DNA from: Octopus sinensis
Taxonomy: Eukaryota
Length of the DNA stretch: 64,000 nt
Direction: 5' to 3'
Assembly: GCF_006345805.1 (NCBI RefSeq)
Contig: NC_042997.1
Location: forward strand, 94,054,001 to 94,118,000
The number at the start of each line of letters is the position of its first letter. Position 1 is the first letter of the stretch. Shown piece by piece: positions 56,501 through 64,000 of this stretch. The position numbers and the translations under genes are program-made. Under the pieces are notes generated by a model. That model searched no databases and was not told the DNA's origin. It worked only from the letters and a program-made list of their open reading frames with translations.

Positions 56501-57733
56501 CAGGGGTTAGACAAAATAATGGAAACACCTTAAAATTTAAAACAAATTTATTTTAATATGGGGTAGGACTGTCTTTGGCAGTTATGACAGCTTGAGTTCT
56601 ATGAGGTATGGACTCGTTTCCAAAGGAATTTTTGTCCATTCTTCAGCTAAAACAGTCTCCAGTTCTTGTAGTGATGATGGTGGAGGATATCAACTCCTTA
56701 CTTGTTCTTCTGAAATGCACCATAAATGTTCAGTAACATTGAGATCTTGAGACTGTAGTGGCCAGATAAGATGTTCAACTTCACTAGAATATTCCTCGTG
56801 CCATTCAGTAACAACTTTAGCTGAGTGAATTGGTGCATTATCATCCTGAAAGATTGCGTTTCCCTCCGGAAATAGTTCCGATACCATAGGATGAATTTGA
56901 TCAGATAAAATGTTTAAATAGTCTTGACTATTAATTCTGCCATGAAAGGAAACCATTGGGCTGGTGAATTTCCAAAATATAGCCCCCCCCCCAGATCATC
57001 ACAGATCCTCCTCCATGTTTAACAGTTAGAAGAAGGCAATCTGCGTCAAATGCGTCTCTTGGCTGTCTCCACACGTATACTCGGCTGGTGGTCGGAAATA
57101 AGGTAAAGGATGACTCGTCCGAGAAAATAACATTCTTCTACTGCTCTAGGGACCAATTCCATAGGTTTTTACTCCACTCTAAACTCTTTGTTTGCTTTTG
57201 AAAGTAGTGGCTTTCTGATTGCAGCCCTCCCGTGAAATCCGGCTTTATGCAGCTTGGAAACTGGTTTCTCGAGGTTGTCATTAAGCTCTTGAGTAATTCT
57301 GGGAGCTGTACTTTTGTCATCATCCTTTCTACCAATTTGAGTAAAAGTTCGACGGTTCCTATTTGAAAGTGTTGGTTTTCTTCCGGATTTTTGTTTCGAC
57401 GAGGAGGTTTTTCCTTCTTTCTCAAAGGATGTCCTTACTTTTGAGTACTTCTTGATACATCAAACATTTCGGCTGTTTTCGTTACGCTAGCGCCTGTCAT
57501 ACGTGCCCCAACAGTTTGTCCTCTTTGAAAGTTCAATAGATCAGTCATTTTAATGAACTTTAATTACCGTTTCTTGATGATATTTGAAAAGAAACAGCAA
57601 TATTAGCAAAACATATTAAGCAACACTAATCATAAATCAAAAAGCATAAAAATAAACAAGCTTTTGACGGTTTATAGATATTTCAAAATTATGATGCAAT
57701 GATACTAGGTATTTCCATTATTTTGTCCAACTC

Positions 57734-57736
<3 letters not shown>
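56501..57736 (-). mobile_element. Decayed Tc1-family (DD34E) transposon in (TA)n
   Basis: 30-bp TIRs caggggttagacaaaataatggaaacacct / aggtatttccattattttgtccaactcctg; VIFSDESSF, TVKHGGGSVMIWG, IFQDDNAPIH, WPLQSQDLNVTEHLW. Confidence 0.9.
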
Positions 57737-57778
<42 letters not shown>

Positions 57779-57939
57779 CATAACAACCATAAAACTCAAG
57801 ATACACAACGAACTCACAATGTATCGGAGAACTTATTTTTTAATTTTTGTACATTTTTATCATTATTCTTTTACAAAAAACAATGCAATTTTCTTTTTTT
57901 CCCCTTTCTAATTTTTAAAATAACTTCTTAAAACATAAA

Positions 57940-57980
57940 TATTCTTGACAAGTCATACAATGACGAAAACCGGTTGAATA
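57940..57980 (+). ncRNA. Minimal hammerhead-like motif with compensatory U3-A8 core
   Basis: tattc-TTGACAA-GTCAT(aca)ATGAC-GAAAA-CCGGT-T-gaata: perfect helices I and II, palindromic ACCGGT, one extra A in the GAAA run. Confidence 0.5.
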
Positions 57981-58151
57981 AATATATATTTATATATTTT
58001 ATCATTTTCTCATTTTATTAAAATTTTCTTTCATTTGAGCATTCTGCATTTTAAAAAAAATTTTTCCGTACTTATCATTTCTCCACGTGCGGTCAACACA
58101 ACCCCACCATTTATTGATATATATATATATATATATATATTCCGATGGTCG

Positions 58152-58212
58152 GATAACTGAAGAGATGGCGGCGTGGATTTCCACCCCGACATCCGAAACT
58201 CGGAGTTTTATC
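58152..58212 (+). ncRNA. Type I hammerhead ribozyme motif, canonical core, long helix II
   Basis: gataa-CTGAAGA-gatggcggcgtgga(tt)tccaccccgacatcc-GAAAC-TCGGAGT-T-ttatc. Distal helix I tggtcg/cgacta follows an 8-nt bulge. Confidence 0.6.
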
Positions 58213-59035
58213 ATGGCTACCGACTAATTGTCACATATTACATTTACAGATACATAATATCGAGGTCTCCTTCATTCTTTTGTTGTCTTACCATTTCTAT
58301 CAATATATATATATAGGTGCAGGCGTGTCAGTGTGGTACGTGGCTTGCTTCTCAACCACATGGTTCCAGGTTCATTCCCACTCCCTAGCACCTTGGACAA
58401 GTGTCTTCTTCTGTAGCCACCGGCCGACCAAAGCCTTGTGAATGGATTTGGTAGACAGAAACTGAAAGAAACCCGTCGTATATGTATATATATATGTACA
58501 TATCTGTGTGTGGGTGCTTTGTGTCTGTGTTTGCTCTCCACCATCACTTGACAAACAGTATTGATGTGCTTATATTTCCGTAACTTAGTGGTTCGGGAAA
58601 AAAGACCGATAGAATAAAAACTAGTTAAAAAAAAAAACAAATCTTGGGGTCGATATGTTCAACTAAAACACTTCAAGGTAGTGCTCCGGCCTGGTCGCAG
58701 TCAAGTGCCTGAAACAGATAAAAGATATAACAACAAAGCAACGACAAAGAATACAGAGACTTGTACATATTCATATTTTCCTTTCAACTTTTATTTTCAT
58801 AGTTAATTAGACAGCATAATTGCTTTATACGACCGATTATGTTGCATAATTAACTTCAAAAAATAAGTTAGAAAAAATATGGAGATATGCCCGTCTCAGT
58901 ATCCTTTGTAGTGGTTTTGGATTTATACTCTTGAAAATAATCTTAATCTAGTGAAGCGAACCCAGGATTTTTCCATCGGATGATGGTGTCTGATTATATG
59001 TGAGTTTTCTCTTGTAAGTCAATTTTTGTGAACCC

Positions 59036-59260
59036 ATGGCTAGACCAAAAATTCGTGTTGCTTATGAATATGAGTTCGGTCGTGGAATCAGTGCATTCCA
59101 GACAACTCGAAACATCAACAAGGTATTTTGTGAAGATGTGGCGAATGAGCGCACTCTAAGTCGATGATTTGAGAAGTTCCGGTTTGGTGACTTTACTCGT
59201 CAAAATAAGCACTGTGATAGACCTAAGACCAATGTAGATAATGATGAGCTGAAAACTGTA
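59036..59260 (+). mobile_element. Mariner transposase 5' fragment (HTH region)
   Basis: MARPKIRVAYEYEFGRGISAFQTTRNINKVFCEDVANERTLSR*FEKFRFGDF...RPKTNVDNDELK; truncated at a microsatellite. Confidence 0.75.
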
Positions 59261-59304
59261 TGTATATGTATGTACACACCACAGACCACACACACAAATG
59301 TATG

Positions 59305-59379
<75 letters not shown>

Positions 59380-59479
59380 TAATATATATAATAAATTAAT
59401 AAATAAAAAACATATGCATATATACATACATATATGTACGTACCTACCTCTACATGTATATATACATGCATATATGGGT

Positions 59480-60232
59480 ACAGGACACCAAACAAACGTC
59501 GAACACAATGAGAAACGAAAACATAAACACAAAACCAAGGAAATGGACATTTTTCTTAAACAACGAAAAAATAGAGTACAGGACATACAATATAAGGAAA
59601 ATTTCCCTTCTTCAGTCGCCTTTGTTTCATATACTCCACGTTTCGAAGGTCAAGGCGATACATGACTTTAATGAAACATTCCTTCTCGCGAAAAGCAAAT
59701 TAACTAAAAATTTTTTGCGGAGGGGTAAAAATGGTAACAAAAACAGGACAGTAACGACAGTACAAAATATATACAGTAAAAGACAGGACAAGGAGAATAA
59801 CAGTAACACAGACAAGGAGGGTTGTTATGCAAAACGAGAGAAAATATTACGAATCCTTCTTTTTTGAGAACGGCGAAGAAGGCACAGAAAAGCCGTTTAC
59901 ACTTGAAGGAAGTCAGGTCAAAAAGACAGTAGCAGGGCTCTCGTCGCGGGTCAACGAAGGGAGGGAGGAGAAGGAGCAAGAGAAAGGGAGAGAAAAAAAG
60001 GGAATGGTTGTAGAGAAAACCAGAAAGAATGAAGAATGAGAGAGAGAGAGGGAGAGACAGTAAGGTAGAAGAAAAGGAAACCCGAAAGAATGAAGGCTGA
60101 GAAAGGGAGGGGGAGAGAAAGGTTCGGTGCGAATGGCTTTTTTATTACAGCGCCCGCCGTGCAATGACTAAAGAAAATAGTCTAATAAAAGGGCAAACAA
60201 GCCCTCTACAGAAAAAAGAAGGCTTTCAGGAA
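59480..60232 (-). mobile_element. Probable PLE 3' fragment of a second family, ending in an inverted repeat
   Basis: Purine-rich tail and SLHGGRCNK resembling the PLE endonuclease C-terminal xLxPxGLN motif; flanked by (TA)n. Confidence 0.4.
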
Positions 60233-60317
60233 AGCCTTCTTTTTTATGTCGAGTGATTATATGCCCCTTTATTAGACTATTTTCATTAGTCATTGCACGG
60301 TGATTGCCATAAGCTTT

Positions 60318-60348
<31 letters not shown>

Positions 60349-60363
60349 CTATATATATATATA

Positions 60364-61620
60364 TAGGTGAAATTGACAGAAAAGTAAAAGGCGAAGACAG
60401 GTATATAAACAACAAGCAGGTGTATTAGTTTGAAGCTCTGGAGGCTGAGAAAGTCTTGTACGTTTCGATCCTACGCTCTTCAACAGAAAGGAACACGATG
60501 TAATAAACAGAAAGAATAAAAATACGTGTGGAGTTAGCGGTCAATCATGGCGACTGGTTGGACAAAGGTAGTTAGACCGGAGAGCTAGGAAGAAGGGAAG
60601 ATAATAAAGTACTGATGATCTCAAAACGAAGGTACGCTTGCGAGTGTGTATGTCAGTGTGTGTGTGTGCGTGTAGATTGGGGCTAGTGTGTTTGACGGGT
60701 AGATGTGTACGTGTGTAAGCTTGTGCGTCTGTATTGTGTGGGTGTGTGGATGATGGTGTTGGTGGCTGGAAGTGGTCAGTGCAAGTGTGTACGGAGTGGT
60801 GTGGAGTGGTGTGATGTGGTGTGGCGGTGGTGGGTGTGAGGATGTGGGGTAGTGAAGGGTGAGGATGTAGGGATAGGGGTCGGGTATGTGGGATTGGGAT
60901 GTGTGGGGAGGGGTTTGGAGGGAGGGGTTAACAATGAAGGGAGAAGGTGGGTAGGAGTGGAGGGAGGAAGCAGGTTTCTGGGTAAGAGAAGAGAGGAGAG
61001 GCGGGTAAGTGTGAAGTAGGCGTGAGAGGAGATGAGTCAGATGAAGAGATGAGGGGATTTGCGCCCATGTGACGCAATGGAGCGAAGAGAGAAGATTAAT
61101 TCCTGTTCACGTCGAAGGTGGAAGTCCGGATGACTCCTGTACAAAAACGATCCGAATGCTGACAGCTGATATAATGAATGACCGGAAGAGCGGAAATGGC
61201 ACGAGACTGGGGGGTCATTTCCCAGTCTAATGTCTCACAGGTGGTCCGCGAACCGGTTAGCCAAGCAGCGTCCCTTTTGACCGATGTACAGAAAAGGACA
61301 GAAACAGCAAGAGATGCAGTAAATGACGTTGCTAGAAGCGCAGGTAAAGGAGTCAGTAATATGATCGGGACGATGATGGGTGCCTGTGATGATGGTGGTG
61401 TAGGAAAAGTAGAGATAAGTTCGGCAGCGTGGGCAGGAGCATGGGAACCAGCTTGATTGGGAGGTGGTATGAGGAAAGAAACTGTGGACCATGATGTCAC
61501 GTAAGGTGTGAGCTCCTTTGAAGAAGAGAAGGGATAGAGACTGCAGAGACGGAAGAATAGGGAGTAGGGGAAGGAGAGCTTGGTCTGGGTAGGAGGGAGG
61601 AGGAGAAGTTGAGGTATGAG
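60364..61620 (-). mobile_element. Penelope-like element 3' part: GIY-YIG endonuclease pseudogene, tail and pLTR with hammerhead-like motif (60455-60490, CUGUUGA)
   Basis: FTCASSNVIYCISCCFCPFLYIGQKGRCLANRFADHL*DIRLGND and, after a frameshift, HFRSSGHS...RREQELIFSL; flanked by (TA)n on both sides. Confidence 0.85.
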
Positions 61621-61828
61621 AGTGAGTCGATATATATTTAGTATATATATATAGATATATATATATATATACTTATGCACTTAAGCATTCATATATATAA
61701 TATATATATAATATATATATATATTTACATATTCATATACATATATTCAAATATATCCATGTATATATATACTTATATATATATGTATATATATATATGT
61801 ATGTATATATATATATATATATATATAT

Positions 61829-61896
<68 letters not shown>

Positions 61897-62043
61897 ATAA
61901 TGATAAAGGGTAAAATTAATTAACTAGTAATTAATAATTCCACAAGTAGAATTCGGCATGAAAAAGGACCTTTTTTCGGTAAACTTAAACAATATTTTAT
62001 AATTACGAGTAAAATCTTTGCTGAACCCTAATTATAATTATCT

Positions 62044-62087
<44 letters not shown>

Positions 62088-62276
62088 CGACACACTTGGT
62101 TGAAGGAATGACTGCCTAAAGTTTCGTTTGGCATTTCCTTTTGTTAACGTCTTTTAACAGCTGAAATTTTTTCAGATGCTCAGTTAGAATTTTACCAATT
62201 TTGATTACCTTGATAATGTTGAGTTGACAAATTTCGTACATATTATTATCTATATATATTTATATGAACACATACA

Positions 62277-62312
<36 letters not shown>

Positions 62313-62419
62313 TTTATATATATATATATGCATATGTTATTTCAATTGAAAGAATTATTGGATTTTTAATGCGTGATCTGAAATAAAGATATGATTTTCT
62401 TCGTACATATTACTGATGT

Positions 62420-62481
<62 letters not shown>

Positions 62482-63202
62482 GCGTGGGTGTGTGTGTGTG
62501 TGTGCGCGCGCGCGAGTGTGTGTATTCTAACAGCTGATCATTAGTTTATATATGCGTGAGATGGTAAAGTTATGGGGAATTATTTTCTTCCGCTCGGAGA
62601 AAGGTAACTCCTAAATAATATTAACATAGGTGTATTAGTCCCTATTTTGTCAGTTATCGATCGCTTTCCCGCCTCACCTCGTACCTTACTTCCATCCCTG
62701 CCTTCTGTCGTTCGTTTGTTCGTTTCCTTCTTCCTTTTCTTCCTTTTGTTTCTAATTTTTTCCATTTCTCACATTTTTTCTTTTTCATTCGTTTATCATG
62801 ATCATCATCATCATTGTCATCACGACGACGGCCACCACCACCACTACCACCACCATCATCATCATCGTTTTCCCTCCTTTACCAACATCATCACTGTTTA
62901 TCATTGCCAACATCGTCGTCGTCGTCGTCGTCCTCTTCTTCTTCTTCTTCTTCAAATCCTGCAGCTGCTGCTACATGTTTTAGGTTAAATTAAAACTAAT
63001 CAATTACTTCTCTGTAAATTGTTTGTGTTTCTGGAGATAATCGATCATTCATAAGTAATTTTTGGTGGTTGTTTACATACAACTCACCCCCGTTTTGATT
63101 GGTTATAAATTTGTGTAGGTGTTTTTCTGTGTTTAATTGGGCTGCGAATGTATGCAGTAGTCTTTTGCGCTTTTACCCTCTCCTTCCTTTCCCTCAGCAT
63201 AC

Positions 63203-63292
<90 letters not shown>

Positions 63293-63311
63293 GCATACAT
63301 ACAGTCATAAA

Positions 63312-63356
<45 letters not shown>

Positions 63357-63576
63357 GAAAAGAAAGAGAAAGGGAGACAAACAAATAAAGAGACAGTGAC
63401 ATGGAGTCTGATATACAACACGTACACACTTCCCGGGGTATTTTCTTTTATATTGTATGTTTTATTTTATGGTTAAGAATAACTTCATACATTATACATT
63501 ATCTTTTTTGGCAATCTTGTTCTCTATTTTCTCTCACACAACCCTTGTTATTGTCGTTATGCTTCCCTATATGTTT

Positions 63577-63618
<42 letters not shown>

Positions 63619-63637
63619 TACACACATGCACCTATTT

Positions 63638-63743
<106 letters not shown>

Positions 63744-64000
63744 CATATATATACACTGCGAGCACATAATGCGTGTATTCATACATAATACATAAATACA
63801 CAAGCGCACAGACGCGTTTATATTAATATCAATATTGATCGAGATCTTTATGCAGATATTCTACATTTGTTTCCCTGTTTGCTTTTTGCTTTGCAAAATA
63901 ATCCCTTTTCTCGTTTAATTATATAGAGCAAGCGTAAAAAAATCGTTTATGAAACTACAAAATGTGTATTTTTAATTTGTTTGCGTTCATTTGTGTATCA

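Noticed and set aside
59600-59665. Possible type II hammerhead (GAAAC...CTGAAGA on the minus strand)
   Set aside because: No helix I hairpin between the putative cleavage site and the core; helix II pairing is poor.
61178-61456. Plus-strand 92-aa ORF resembling an LEA/CsbD-like small protein
   Set aside because: Antisense shadow of the minus-strand GIY-YIG endonuclease sequence.

Overview
AT-rich, microsatellite-saturated eukaryotic DNA. The SINE families and (TA)n/(ATCT)n landscape look like a coleoid cephalopod, probably Octopus (inferred from repeat resemblance, not verified). Most of the window is intronic or intergenic sequence packed with mobile elements: (1) a near full-length Tx1-clade LINE (26509-32677) inside an (ATCT)n microsatellite; (2) a 5'-truncated CR1-like LINE, a SINE and a 28S rRNA fragment nested in a hAT/Charlie-type element with an intact 8-bp TSD, whose left end lies in a 1.43-kb tandem duplication; (3) decayed mariner and Tc1 transposons; (4) RTE and REL-endonuclease LINE relics; (5) many tRNA-derived SINEs; (6) several Penelope-like element (PLE) fragments. 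The most striking signal is a set of minimal type I hammerhead ribozyme motifs at PLE-type termini from at least four sequence families. One family carries a shared A6U core variant (CUGUNGA) and one copy has a compensatory U3-A8 core. Short minus-strand candidate exons suggest one or more host genes, including an unrecognised Cys/Trp-rich ~100-aa product. Almost all ORF-track entries outside the transposons are microsatellite artefacts. All alignments and folds were done by eye.
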